A DNA stretch of 64,000 nucleotides from Octopus sinensis (taxonomy: Eukaryota). Under the pieces are notes generated by a model. That model saw only the letters and a list, made by a program, of their open reading frames with translations, was not told where the DNA came from and ran no database searches. Positions 25,620 to 39,079 of the stretch are shown here, in pieces. The stretch is taken from contig NC_043017.1 of assembly GCF_006345805.1 (NCBI RefSeq), positions 18,414,001-18,478,000 on the forward strand. Direction: 5' to 3'. The stretch's first letter is position 1. Each line of letters begins with the position of its first letter. The translations under genes were made by a program, and so were the position numbers.

Positions 25620-26062
25620 CTGGTGGTCGTGGAGGAGGAGAAAATATGAAAAGAAAATGACAAATGTAAACAGAATTGAATTACCATCACCACCGAACCC
25701 CATGCAAATAGCAAGAGCTACTTCTTTATATCACCAAGTAGTGATTAGGACCCCTTCTACTGATGTATATAGTATATTCTATCCCTCTTAGATATGCTCC
25801 TTTTCTTTACATTAGTCTGTAGAGTCCTTCCATATATTCACTGGTCTTTCCTACACCCCCCACCAAAAAACCCTAATTATATCTAGAATTGCGTAACACA
25901 TACCCAACCCTCAGATACACACAGTAAAACCTCCCCCATCCACACCCAATAAATCCCCCACCCTATACAATATCCCATTACATAGAACTCAGCTCCTCCA
26001 CCCCCACCACCACACCTGCACATTATTCCCCTGCCATACACAAACCTCTGTCTGATACTCAC

Positions 26063-26234
26063 CCTGTCCGAGTTCATAATCTGGAATCTCTGTGAGATGT
26101 CTGAAGAGTTGGCAGGTAAACGTGTCCGACCAGATACAAAACGAAGGAACTGGATGCGTTCTTCGTTGGCAAATGTTTCCAGAACTTTCCAGAACCACAT
26201 AACCACAGGACTAGATTCTTCAATACCACGGTAC
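26063..26234 (-). CDS. HERC1: HERC1 exon (HECT)
   Basis: YRGIEESSPVVMWFWKVLE...FLRFVSGRTRLP...NSDR|GTGAGT. Confidence 0.92.
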
Positions 26235-26289
26235 CTAAGCAAGGACACACAGACAGATGAGGTTCAAAATACAAAAAAGATCAGAAAAC

Positions 26290-27290
26290 TATGATGTCAT
26301 AGATATGCGAGTATACAATGTCATAAGTTTAGGATGTCATAGCTATACAATATGATAAAAGTGTGATGTCACAGATGGGCTCCGGTGTAATTACACAATG
26401 TCATAATTTAGAATGTCATAGATATGTGATAGAAGTATAATATTCTTCTCTACTCTAGGCACAAGGCCCAAAATTTTAGGGGAGGGGGCCAGTCGATTAG
26501 ATTGACCCCAGTATGCAACTGGTACTTAATTCATCAGCCCCAAAGGGATGTAAGACAAAGTCGACCTCGGTGGAATTTGAACTCAGAACATAAAGACAGA
26601 TGAAATACCGCTAAGCATTTCGCCCAGCATGCTAACATTTCTGCCAGCTCGCCGCCTTGATAGAAGTATAATATTAGATGTGTCATAATGTAAAATGTAC
26701 AATGTCATAACTTTTATGCTGTCATAGGTGTGTGATGTAAAAGAATGTAACAGATGTATAATGGTGCAGATCTGTCATAAGTAAGATATATTGTAGTTGT
26801 ATGATGTTATGGTAATACAATCTGATGAAAGTATGATGTCATAAATGTGATGTGGCACAATCCCACAATGTTATCAATTTATGATGTCATACATTTGTGA
26901 TGTTATAGCAATACTATATGGTAGAAAGGCAATGTCATAAGTGTATGATGTCACTGACATCTGTTAGTGTATATGCATGTAGTCATAAGAGTACAATAGA
27001 TAGGTGGGTAATGAGTAAATCAACATCATTGGTTTATGATGTCATTAGTATATATAATGTCACATATGCTTAATGTCATAGAGGTGTAAATTTACAGACA
27101 TATGATGTCATAAGTGAGCAATGGCAAAATATATGTCATAGGTGTATAATGTCACTGATATATGACATTATAGCCGAGTAATGTTGCAGACACATGATGT
27201 CATAACAGCCTGTTATAGAGACTGTAACTTCAGGATGCCACAGACAAAAGATGTCACAAAATTATGATGTTGCAGAAGTCAATCACAGCC
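26290..27290. repeat. Degenerate minisatellite built on a (T)ATGATGTCATAG-like unit, interrupted by a SINE
   Basis: Dozens of ATGTCA(T/C)A cores at short irregular spacing. Confidence 0.65.
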
Positions 27291-27638
27291 ATTCTGGCAA
27301 TGAGCTAGTTCGTTAGTCATTTTAACTCAGACTTGATGTTACTACTTGATGGTGGTGGTGGTGATGATGTTGTCGTAATGTCAGTCATAACATTGTGATT
27401 GTTACTTTTAATTACTACAAGATTATCATTCTCATTATTAAAAAAATGCATATGGTTACTATAGATGGTGACTGCTGTTACCATGTGATGGATGTTGCTA
27501 TGACTAAAAAAGGGGTATACTGTGACAGTGATGCAGTCATCATGAGATGTTAACTGCTGTAAAGAAGACATGGTAACCAGGTAATTACCACAAGAGAGGG
27601 ACCAAGTGGCATTAACACCACTAGGTATAGAAACTTAC

Positions 27639-27772
27639 CTCACAATTTTACGCAAGACATCAATAGACACCTGTTCCATGCCACACACCAATTGTTCAAG
27701 ATTTCTGGCAGTGAGGAGGGAGAGAAGGGGAACAGGGATGATCCAAGCCATGCCTTCACGTACAGCAGCAAC
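27639..27772 (-). CDS. HERC1: HERC1 exon (HECT)
   Basis: VAAVREGMAWIIPVPLLSLLTARNLEQLVCG...RKIV(R); canonical AG/GT. Confidence 0.92.
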
Positions 27773-28097
27773 CTGAAATAATAGGGTGTAAATATTAGGT
27801 TGAAAATATCCTCTGGAATACAAAAAGTCAAGGGCTGTCCATGGGACCTGAACCAACATCTCCTGCAAACATGACAGCCATTCTACCACACACACACACA
27901 CACACAGAGTATGTCTTAAGATTAAAAGTGCAGAACTTGTGATGCTTTACAAGACCCTTGACCCTGGTGGAAGGGAGAAGCGAGGTGAGTAAGAAAGCAT
28001 GACTCTTGACTGTCTGCTACAGGAAAAATAAGTAGAAACACATCAACAGTCTGACGAAGGTCTAAACAGCAACACAGTCCGTGATACAAATACATAC

Positions 28098-28250
28098 CTG
28101 TTTATCCATCTCATGTAAGCGATAGAGGGTCGCAGCCTCGGTGTAGGCCTTTCTGTTGTGGAATGTTAGTGGAATGCTCTTGCCACCTGATACGATAGGA
28201 AGCATCTGTCCTGAGGCACTCTGGCCTTCAAAACTATCCAAAGGGATGTA
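28098..28250 (-). CDS. HERC1: HERC1 exon (HECT)
   Basis: YIPLDSFEGQSASG...YRLHEMDKQ|GTATGT. Confidence 0.92.
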
Positions 28251-28297
28251 CTGGAAGAGAGAGAGAGAGACAAACATCATGACACAGAATGGCAAAC

Positions 28298-28336
<39 letters not shown>

Positions 28337-28342
28337 TATATA

Positions 28343-28949
28343 CACAAGGGGAAGTTAGAAGTTATCCGCACTTTCACTATAGCATATCTTTATTATTGTC
28401 ACACTACCTTCTGTGCATGCATGCTTATAGTGGGTACTATTGTGGTCATCTGATCAAAGTTTGTGCCTGATCGCGCTACTTTTTTTTTCTGGATTTCCAG
28501 TGTAAGCATGGCCACTCCACTAGCAATGTGCACCAAAGAAGAATAAAGAGCAGTGATCCAATTTCTCAGGAAAAGGGGTGCAAGACACGACACAGTGCTT
28601 TGCTGGCCAACAAACTGAAGCCAGCAATTCGCACCAAATGCCAAAGCCTGTTGTCAAAGAAAGTTTTGTTGTTGCATGACAATGGCCAGATCTTGCCCCT
28701 TCCAACTATCATACTTTGGACAGCTCAAAGAGGATTTACAAAGTCAGTGAGTTCCTATGGATGAAGATGTGAAAAAAGCAGTGCATAAATGGTTGCATGT
28801 AGGGAATACACAAGCTTGTGGACCGCTGGACCAAGTGCACTGAAAAGGAAGGAGGCTATACAGAAAAATGATGGACTTGTTTGTCCCCTGCTTTCATGTA
28901 AATACATTGAAAAATCAAGAGTGTGTATAATTTTTGACTTTCCCTTGTA
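28343..28949 (+). mobile_element. Internally deleted mariner transposon relic
   Basis: Imperfect TIRs (ACAAGGGGAAGTTAGAAGTTATCCGCAC / GTGTGTATAATTTTTGACTTTCCCTTGT); remnants E*RAVIQFL and LKPAIRTK...VLLLHDN. Confidence 0.75.
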
Positions 28950-29523
28950 TATATACACATATATTAAGGCAATGTTTCAGCAAGGCTGCAGTCAAATGAC
29001 TGAAACATGTGAAAGGATAGATAGGCAAATCAAAAATAAAAGACAGGAAAAAACAACAAAAGTCAATTGGGCAAACATGCAGTGAATATATTAGACTGAC
29101 AATCAGTGAAAGTTCTAAATGGGAAAATAGGAATAGAAATGACTGAACATGGTTCTTTGTTGGAAAGAGGAAAAAGTGTAGAGGAGGAACTGATTGTCCA
29201 AAGAAAAACGTGTGTCATTACATGCTCCAAAAATAACTATGTATATATATATATATACACACGAACAAAACGTCCCCCCGTCCGATGGACGGTGCTGAGT
29301 TGTCAAACATTTAAACCAAATTTTCTCAAAACAACTTGTCCAACCGTCCCATAGGCCTCCCCTTTGAGAAACACTGATTTAACCTAAATTTGAGACACCA
29401 TGCATTTTTCTTGTGTATGCGTAGTATCGATCGCAACAGCTGATGTACCTGTGCTGTAATGCAACACACTATATACCACAGCCTATTCTGTATTAGCCAA
29501 ATCAACAAACAAAAATGACATAC

Positions 29524-29604
29524 TTCATGAAAATTTGTTTCATTGACACCACTTTCTTGAATGTTCCGAATCCCAGCCATGGTTTGGACAAAGAAATTGT
29601 CTAC
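29524..29604 (-). CDS. HERC1: HERC1 exon (HECT)
   Basis: VDNFFVQTMAGIRNIQESGVNETNFHE|GTATGT. Confidence 0.9.
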
Positions 29605-30657
29605 CTGCAAAAGATAATTGGAATGTTAGCAGACAGATGTATGATATAACATTTTACCTGGATTTTTCACAACATTATCCCTGCCCCACCTGAAATACAA
29701 GCCATGGTTTGGACAAAGAAATTGTCTACCTGCAGAAGATAATAGAGATATAGAGCCCTGTATTGCCCAAGGATGACCATTGTATCTCCACCTGCCAAGT
29801 TTCTTTCCTGGGTTCATGTTGGGTCAGAGTTTCCCAAGGAAACCCATTATTTGCCCCCATTTGGCAAGTGTACTCCCTTCACACCACTGATGTTGTCCCC
29901 TCTCTCTGCTGTTCTTACCCAAAAGAAAGAAAAAGACTGACACAGATTGACCCCAGTGTCATCACAGAAAAACTCCAAACATAAACAGAGACAGCCAATA
30001 TCAAATACAAGACATTTTGTCTAAACTTTAATGATTCCACCACACCATGACCCCATAAGTGGGACTATATTTAATCAAACCCTGGAGGGATGAAGGACAA
30101 ATTTGACCTTGGTGGGGTTTGAACCCAGAATGTAGAGTCATAAAGCATTTTATGAGACCCTCTTAACAATTTCACCAGTTCAACGTCTTCAAGAAGTTTC
30201 TTTACTCATGTTTTAATGTGCAAGTGGCCGAGTACTCCACAGACAAGAGTAACCTTAATGTAGTTCTCAGGGAAATTCAGCATGACACAGAACGTGACAA
30301 GACTGGCCCCTTTGAATTACAGGTACAACTCAGTTTTGCCAGCTGAGTGGACTGGATCAATGTGAAATAAAGTGTTTTGCTCAAAGACACAATGCTTGGC
30401 TGAGGATTGAACTCACGACCTTATGACTGTAAGCCAAATACCCTAACCACTCAGCCACACACCTTCATTTGAAACATAATGAAGGGGCAAATAGAAAACA
30501 CTTTTATTTTCATTTCTAAAAATGAGATTAATCATCAGAAAAATTATAGTAATTATTTACTAGGAGTTTGAAGCCCTATCTTCAACCCTGCCACCTCTGA
30601 CGTTCCCTAATAAGGGACAGTTAATAGGGCAGTTAATATGGAAGTAGAGATACTTAC

Positions 30658-30829
30658 TTCTTCCAGATCACTGATGTCTAGCGCCATGCCAGCCAGAAGT
30701 TTCCAGACACAGGGAGCTAAATGGAGGTCCAACGGTTTCTTGGTACGGATGGCAACACCAAACAATACCCCAAGGAACTTCAGCATATTCATGTGTTCTT
30801 CAGAAGATAACAATGGGTTTAGCAGGAAT
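30658..30829 (-). CDS. HERC1: HERC1 exon (HECT)
   Basis: FLLNP...LKFLGVLFGVAIRTKKPLDLHLAPCVWKLL...DLEE|GTAAGT. Confidence 0.92.
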
Positions 30830-31018
30830 CTAGAGAGAGATGTGAAAGGTACGATCAACACTGAGTATGAGGGTGTTTGTGTGTGGAGTTGTCTGATCTT
30901 CTCTGTTCATGTTCATCTATTATGTCCACTCAATGCTGCTGACACCACCAAATTGAATAACATCACCTTCTTATAAGAAGGTGATGATATTTGGTTGGTA
31001 ACTGATGAAGGTGTTGAG

Positions 31019-31056
<38 letters not shown>

Positions 31057-32038
31057 TTGTGTGTGTGCTTTTCCTGCTTTTCTGTATGTTTCTTTGTTGT
31101 GCTACCTTTTCCCTTATTCTTATATTGTGTGTGTGTGTGTATGTATGTATGTATATATATATGTGTGTGTGTGTTCATGTTTATATATATATCATCATCA
31201 TCATCATCGTTTAACGTCCGTTTTCCGCGCTAGCACGGGTGCCAGAGGGGTCTGGCATCGGCCACGGTCGGTTGGTGCTTTTTATGTGCCACCTGCACAG
31301 AAGCCAGTCGGGGCGGTGCTGGCATCGGCCACGTTCGGATGGTGCTTTTTATGTGGGGGGGGAGGGTGCAGGAATATAGGGGAGCACCAGTGGGGAGGGG
31401 TGTTCGGAGAAACGATGACAGGTTCTAGACAAGTAGAACGTAGGATATCACGAGAGGGGTAATACATGGTGAAATAGCATATTGAAGAAGGGGATTCGAG
31501 GAGTAGACACCCATAATGGTGGTGGGAGAAGCGACATCCGGTATAGATGGAGCAAAATATAGAGATATCCGGTATTGGTGGTGGGGGTGGGCAAGGGCGG
31601 GTGCACCGCGAATTCGCGAAGGTTGATAGAGGGGAGGGCGAGGACTTGAACGGGCAAAATTATCGTAGTAACATGGAGAAATTATCAGCACATAATAATA
31701 AAGGGATATTTAAGGGGGACGGTGGAGAAATGGAGAAATTATGCGTGTACATATATATGCATAAATAATGAAAAATTGTGCAAAGTTCAAGTTTACCTTT
31801 TGAGAGAACCAATCTGCAGGTCGAGATCCTCCTTCAGCAAATGGTTTAATTGCACGACTGACAGACACCCAGTTCTATATATATATATATATCTCAATAA
31901 TACAGTGATGGTATCTTATCAGGAACAAAATGTTTAATAGGACTGCTATAGAAGTGCTCAATTAAATGAGACAAATATATTAAAATATGGTTTAAACGTG
32001 GATGACCTTGTATTTGTTTGTTCTGTAACCATAGTCTA

Positions 32039-32069
<31 letters not shown>

Positions 32070-32304
32070 AACACATACATATGTGTGATTTGCACTTCTC
32101 TGAAAATCTGAGCAATACAAGCAGTGAAAATGCGATCATTTGCTCTGTGAAAAAAATCATCTGCTGGTTTGCACCTTCAAAGATGTGTGGAGCAAAGATA
32201 GAGGTTACTGACAGAAAGGGCATTTGGCTGGAAAACACCACAATTATATTCATCTAACCCATGCTATCATGGAAAAAAAGACACAAAAATTATTTTATAT
32301 ATAT

Positions 32305-32870
32305 ATCTATATATATAAAACTGAGAATGTGTGTCTGTCTGTCTGTCTGTTTGTGTGAATCCCTGAAACTTGAGAACTACACAACCAATTTCATTCAAAT
32401 TTTACACATGCCTTACTTAGGGTCCAGGGAGTGTCATGGGCAAAACATTTTTTTAACTTTTTGCCTAGGGCGAGCCCAGAGCAATATCATATCTTCTCTA
32501 CTATGAATCCCTAAAACTTGAGAACTACACAACTAATTTCTTTCAAATTTTACACATGCCTTACTTAGGGTCCATGTAGTGTCATGGGCAAAAAATTTCT
32601 AACTTCTTGCCTAGGTCGAGCCCAGAGCAATATCATATCTTCTCCACTATTTCAGTATTATGTGTTAAAAGTGAAACAAAAACATCTCTCTATTGTAATG
32701 TCAGATACTTTCACTTTAATACTGAAACTATTAAAGTCAAACTATTATATAAGAGGGATGAACCATTAACAGTGGACATCCATTTTGCTAGAAGAAGATC
32801 CGCTATGGTCTTATATGCTACACCACTGGTTTTCAATTCATATTAATCAAATTAATATTCAATTTCTCAC
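32305..32870 (+). mobile_element. Non-autonomous Helitron-like element 5' part, with an internal ~148 bp tandem duplication
   Basis: Starts TCTATATATATAAAACTGAGAATGTGTGTCTGTCTG; near-identical units at about 32357-32504 and 32505-32650; 3' boundary uncertain. Confidence 0.5.
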
Positions 32871-33748
32871 CCTTATTACTTTAAATTTAAATTTAAACCC
32901 AGGACCATGTGTTTTGGAATGAAGTTTGTTACCACACAGCCAAACCTGCACCTATGTATGTGTGGTGTGTGTGTGTGTGTATGTGTGTATAGCTGTACAT
33001 GTATACATTTATTTCTATACATATAGATGTATATGTATACATGTATATGTGTAGATGTATATATATATATGGATGTACATGTAATATGTACACATATATA
33101 TTCACATATATACATGCATGCATATATATATAAAGAGGCTGGAGAGTAGAGATTGGGATCGAAAGGTTCCTTTCGTTGTGTCAAGGACATAACTATTCCT
33201 TTTGTGCCACGAAAAAATCAAGCAGATGCTGTAAGTAAGAGCATCCACAGAAACTATGTCAAAAATGAAACAGAAACAAGATGCAGTTGTCTGCCCCATC
33301 TCAGTGAGACATACCATTGAACATTTGCAGAGCATAAGAGCATGGAGAATGGACATAAAATGAAGCTGATGTGTGTGTGTGGCGAGAGAAAGAGGGAGAT
33401 GTGCACACATACACACAAACAGCTGGGGAAGACATTTATTCTCCTCTTTGACAAGACATCTGTTCCTGTCCCTCTATCCTATTTTTACACCTTTCAAAAC
33501 TATTCCCCCACTTAGTTGAGGGTGTTCTTGTTTTGCGAGTACTTGGTGACTTCACCAGTGTTGGTGCCATGAAAAACTGCACCTGAAATACTCAGTAAAG
33601 TGGTTGGTATTAGGAAGGACATCCAGGATATGGAAATCATGCCAAAGAAGACATTGGAGCTTGCTGTAGCCTTCTGGTTCATCAGTTCCTATCAAACAGT
33701 CTAACTCATGATGGCATGGAACAAGGGAAGTGAAACAGTGATGATGAT

Positions 33749-33793
<45 letters not shown>

Positions 33794-33850
33794 ACACACA
33801 CATGCATGCACATTAATACAAACATGGCTATACACAAGGTTGGGTCTTAC

Positions 33851-33927
33851 CTATCTCTGTTGTTTCCGGACTCATGCCGTTCATTCGGGGTCAGAATCAG
33901 TAATGGTACAAAACCTTTCTCGAGTTC
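33851..33927 (-). CDS. HERC1: HERC1 exon (HECT)
   Basis: CCAG|ELEKGFVPLLILTPNERHESGNNRD(R)|GTAAGA; bridges the phases of the flanking exons. Confidence 0.88.
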
Positions 33928-35242
33928 CTGGAAGAATTAGAAAAAAATAAAGAGATTGAAAAAGATATACAAAAAAAAGTCTTTGGCTGTTTATTTTTTT
34001 CTTTTATTCTTTTACTTGTTTCTGTGGTCATGCAGAGTTTTTTAGTTGAAGAATTTAACGCCGGAATTTATTCTTTGTGAGCCTGGTACTTATTCTATCG
34101 GTCTTTTTTTGATGAACCACTAAGTTACAGGGGCGTAAACATACCAACATCAGTTATCAATCAATGATGGGGAAACAAACACAGACACACACACATAAAT
34201 ATATACATACACACATATATAGGTGCATGGGCACAGTGGGTTAGAGTGTTGAGCTTATGATCGTGAGGTTATGAGTTCAGTTCCTGGACTAGGTTGCGTG
34301 TTGTGTTCTTGAGCAAGACATTTTATTTCATGTCGCTCCATTTCATTCAGCTGTAGAAATAAGTTGCAATGTCAATGGTGCCAAGCTGTGTCGGATTTTG
34401 CTTCTCCTTTGGATAACATCAGTGGCATGGAGATGGGAGGCTGGTACATATGGGCCACTGTTGGTCTTCTATAAACAACCTTGGCCGGACTTGTGCCTCG
34501 GAGAGGAACTTTCTAGGTGCAATCCCATGGTCATTCATGACTGAAGGGGGTCACCCACCCTATATATACGATGGGCTTATTGCAGTTTCCGTCTACCAAA
34601 TCTACTCACAAGGCTTTGGTTGGCCCAAGGCTACAGTAGAAGACACTTGCCTCAGGTGCCATTAAAAACTAATTGAAACTTGATAGACACTATATATTGT
34701 GGAATATCTGAGAGCAAGAGATGTTAAGTTGTCATAAATTTACACTCTCTTCCCTATCACTTTCACTGGGATGTACTTGACACATTTCAGGATTGTATGA
34801 CACACAGACACACACATATCTGGTACATCAATGTGACGGTGTGACACACTGGCACTCCATCGGTTATGATGATGAAAGTTCCAGTTGATCTGATCAACGG
34901 AACAGCCTGCTCATGAAATTCTCGTGCAAATGGCTGAGTACTCCACAGACAAACACACACCCTTAACTTAGTTCTCAGAGATTCAGTGAGACACAGAAAG
35001 TGAGAATGCTGGCCCCTTTGAATTACATGTATTACACATTTTTGCCAGCTGAATGGCCTGGAGTAACATGAAATAAAGTGCTCAAGAACACAATGCCCTA
35101 CTGGGAATCGTACTCACAACCTTATAATCGTGAGATGAATACTCAACACATGACTCACACACACACCTGGCACACTTATGTGATGGGGTGACGCACTTAG
35201 TTACATACGTGTATACACACACACACACACATATATACATAC

Positions 35243-35408
35243 CTGGCACATCTCGGTGATGGTGTCATCAAACACTCCACCAGCATCGTCGGCCCCTTCT
35301 CCGATTAATTTCACTTTCCAGGCCCTGGCAGGGAGACGCAGTTCTTCAGGTTTCATCTTCACAACCTGCCGAGCCACTTGTACGAAGATGGGTTTACACT
35401 TCTTACCT
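35243..35408 (-). CDS. HERC1: HERC1 exon (HECT start)
   Basis: GKKCKPIFVQVARQ...WKVKLIGEGADDAGGVFDDTITEMCQ. Confidence 0.92.
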
Positions 35409-36293
35409 CTGGGAGAAGAGAAAATACAGATTAGGGCAAATAGGGAGACGACTCCTAAGGGAAGACACAGCAAGCATTGGGCCAGATGGGGAGATGACCC
35501 TGGGAAAAAAACACAATAGACATTGGGGTAGGTAGGGAGGTGATCCCAAAGGGAAGACACAGTAGACATTGGGACAGTTAGGGCAATGAACCCCTCACCA
35601 GTGGGAGATGCAGTAGACATTGGAGAAGTTAAGGCTGTGACTCTGAAAAGCTAAGGACATTAACCCCTAGTTGAGGCTATATTCAAAGAACTGTGTATTG
35701 CATATAGTGTAAATGTGAAGCGTGGATGTTTAAAGTGTAATATGTATATAGTATATATGTGAGTGAGTGTGTGTGTGTGTGTACCGTTTTAAATCTCTGA
35801 GCGAGAGATATACAGTAACAGTACCGGGTAGTAATGGTTATAAGCCAACAGAATGTGGAAGTCCTATGAAGGATGGTGTTACTGTTGTTTTAACCCCCGG
35901 GAAAACACCTTTTCCAGCTGTCTACCGACAGTATGTAGTAAGTACTGTGTAGACAGTTTATTACTTGATGGAGAGAAATCCTTGCTGCTTGATATTCTGT
36001 CTTCATAAATACTTTATCTCTCTTTTTCTCTTTTTCAATACACACACACACACACACATTTAATCAGCACAACACACACAACAACAATACTTCCATCAGG
36101 TCCAACACACAGCAATACATCCAGTGTCACACACACACACACATAACAATACATCACCATATACCCACATACAAACATACAGACGCACAGAGCAATTCAT
36201 CCATCGCCTCCCTCCCCACCACAGTCCACAGCTAGACCCCCTCCCTCCATCCCATCCCCCAGTTTTTTTTTACATATACAAATAAACACTCAC

Positions 36294-36463
36294 CTTGTTG
36301 GTAACCTCTTCACAGTCACCAAGGGACCGAAGTTCTTGCCCTGCACCATAGTCTTGCCCAGTGACCGTACCATTGGTAATGTGTAGACCTGGGGTGAGAG
36401 CAGGGGCCTCATAGAGCCACTGAGGATACCGTTTAAACCAAGATCAAAGTAACTTGTGTCACC
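36294..36463 (-). CDS. HERC1: HERC1 exon
   Basis: GDTSYFDL...RPLLSPQVYTLPMVRSLGKTMVQGKNFGPLVTVKRLPT(R). Confidence 0.9.
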
Positions 36464-36594
36464 CTGCACAAGGAAATAAAACAAACAATAGAATAATCAG
36501 CAAGTGATATGGGAAGCTGTGACAATCATTCTGTTAACACCAGCTAGGGTGCCCCAAGTGAATGAATTATAAAGTTGATACTATCACATGATGG

Positions 36595-36630
<36 letters not shown>

Positions 36631-36882
36631 TTCAGAAAGAGAGATGATGAAGGAATAAATGACTGTCTTATGAACTTCATTATCTTACTGTTGTTTCTGA
36701 TGAGTACCTCAGCAACACCTTATAGCTTCATCAGAGCCTTGAATATGAAGTACAATTTACTTGAGAAAAAATTACATTTGTATATATATATATTTAGGAA
36801 GAGAGAGAGAGAGAGATTCTGGTATCAAGACAGTCAGTCAAACAGACCAACCCAACAGACAAAGACGAAGGCTGTAACTTAC

Positions 36883-37113
36883 ATGATTTGGTATCAAATT
36901 GAAGAGTCGCCATGAAGTGTACATCAAGTTGGAGAAACGATGAAGTAAGTTGAGACGTAGCCGAATATCCTCGATACTGTTCTCTTTAATTAAGGCATAC
37001 TGGGGAGGGATGCTCTCTGGGGTGCCCAGTTGTAGGTCTGTGGCACTGCCAGGGGTATGTTTCACCGGAGGAGGTGCTGTCCACGCAGCACTGTGCGTGC
37101 GACCAGCAGAAAT
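36883..37113 (-). CDS. HERC1: HERC1 exon (end of RCC1-like domain)
   Basis: ISAGRTHSAAWT...YTSWRLFNLIPNH|GTAAGT. Confidence 0.9.
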
Positions 37114-37686
37114 CTGCAAATAAAGAAATCCGGGTTTTGTTGTTGTTGTACTTGAAGGTTATATAAAACATACATTTCCTTAAAAAAAATGTCTCAAAAA
37201 AATCACTCTGGGACCTCTATGCAAAGCTGGGCCTATATTACCTGCTTTTATGCACTAAAGACTTTTTTTTCTGAATATTGGGGTGTGTCTAATATACGTT
37301 TTATGTTTTATATTTCTACAATGCACAAAATATTTTAACAATTCTTTTTCAATACGTTTCCTAACAATATTTAACAATAAAAAAACAATAAAACAGAAGG
37401 ACTTTTTTTCATATACACTAAATGGTTATGGCAGTACAGTGGAATAAAATAGGAATCAAAGGGGTTCAGAGGCAAAAAATTGTTGAGAACCACTGAATTA
37501 TGTTCAACTGAACTGCACCAAGTGTAGTTCAATTCAACTGAGATCAACTTCACTGTACTGAACTAAGCTCATTTGAGCAGGGATCAATTAAACTGTACTG
37601 AACCATGTTCAACTAAACTGCACTGAGTGTAGTTTAACTAAACTGAGATCAACTGTACTAAATCAATATGAAATAATCTTACATAC

Positions 37687-37931
37687 TTGTCTGATATTTT
37701 TGCCAGAAAGTTCTGCAATCTTCTGTGGTTCTCGGATGCTATTTGTTGTGCCATTTCCCAGCTGGCCTTCTGCATTGCTGCCCCACACCCATACATCACC
37801 TTCGTTGCTCAGGACAATCGTGTGTTCAGAGCCAACGTCGATGTCTATTATGAAGAAGTCAGCAAGGGTTGGAATCTGCTGAGGTTTCGTATGGTTTCTC
37901 CACAATGGCTCCGGTAAACCAATGAATCGAT
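37687..37931 (-). CDS. HERC1: HERC1 exon (RCC1 repeats)
   Basis: (D)RFIGLPE...GSEHTIVL...WVWGSNAEGQLGNG...KNIRQ. Confidence 0.92.
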
Positions 37932-38853
37932 CTGAGGAGAAAAAGAAGAGGGATGTTATGGTTAGGCAAACAAACAAACAAACAGAATATTAGGACTCAA
38001 GAGTGAGATTAAGGTTTTCTCTTTGACCATCCACTGGTGATAGAATAGTAAAATGACTAGAGGAAGGGAATGGAAGAATAACTAGATTGAGGGAATTTTG
38101 GCATAGTTGTTGGTGGAGGTGGCAGTGGTTATTTAGTGTCAGTTCAAATACATTCCAGTTATGACCATCTCATCTTCTGCCTAAATGCAGGGAAAGCTGG
38201 TCCCACATTATCACATTTGGTTGAGGTGCAGGTATGGCAGAATGGTAATGAAACTTGCTTCTCAACTATATGGTCTCAGGTTCAGTCTCACTGCACAGCA
38301 CCTTGTCTGCTAGTATTGCCCCAGGCTGATCAAAGCCTTTTCGATGAGTTTGGTAGACAGAAACTGAAAGAAACCCATTATATAAGTATGTGTATCTATG
38401 TCTGTGCATTTGTATGTGTATGTATATTTACATATGCTTATGTCTGTGTGTGTGCCTGTGTCTTGGAATCATGCAAATGAGCATCATCATCATTATACAA
38501 GTAATGTTGTTTACTTCTAGTTTTCTGTGGAAAACAAGTCTGGCCATGGGGAAGTACTACTTTGTTTGGGAAGAGATAAGGGTTGGCAACAGGAAGGGCA
38601 TCCAGCTACAGAAAATCTGCCTCAATAAATTTCATCGGAGTCATACAAGCATGGAAAAGTAGATGCTAAAACAATGATGAGGATGGTCTTTTCTAAGGTA
38701 GTAGCATGTAATTTGAAGGGGATTTGGCTGCTATTTTTATCAGGTAGTATGACCACAAAGAAGCTCTCACTGGTGCATGGAATGACAGGCATGCTGCAAA
38801 AGTGGAACATGAAGAAATGAGTGAATGCAAAGGGTTTGATGGGAAATCCATAC

Positions 38854-39079
38854 CTTGACCCCATGAGAATACTTTGCCATCTTTGGTGAGTGCAATGGAG
38901 AACTGGGCCCCACAGGACACTTTTTTGATTGTCTGACCCTGGAGGAGTTCGATTTTGGTCGGTAGGGAGCGAGCAGCACAATTGCCAAGTCCAAGTTTGC
39001 CGTAGTCTCCATCACCAAACGCCCACACTGTGGATCCATCTTTAGACACACACAATGAATGGTTCAATCCACAGGCCAC
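38854..39079 (-). CDS. HERC1: HERC1 exon (RCC1 repeats)
   Basis: VACGLNHSL...[12 protein letters not shown]...CGAQFSIALTKDGKVFSWGQ. Confidence 0.92.

Noticed and set aside
34222-34300. tRNA-like sequences with A/B boxes (also about 24045, 43566, 59290)
   Set aside because: These are SINE heads that continue into SINE bodies; no proper cloverleaf.
36685-36742. CTGATGA...GAAAC...GTA hammerhead-like core on the minus strand
   Set aside because: Stems I and II do not pair; at best a decayed relic.
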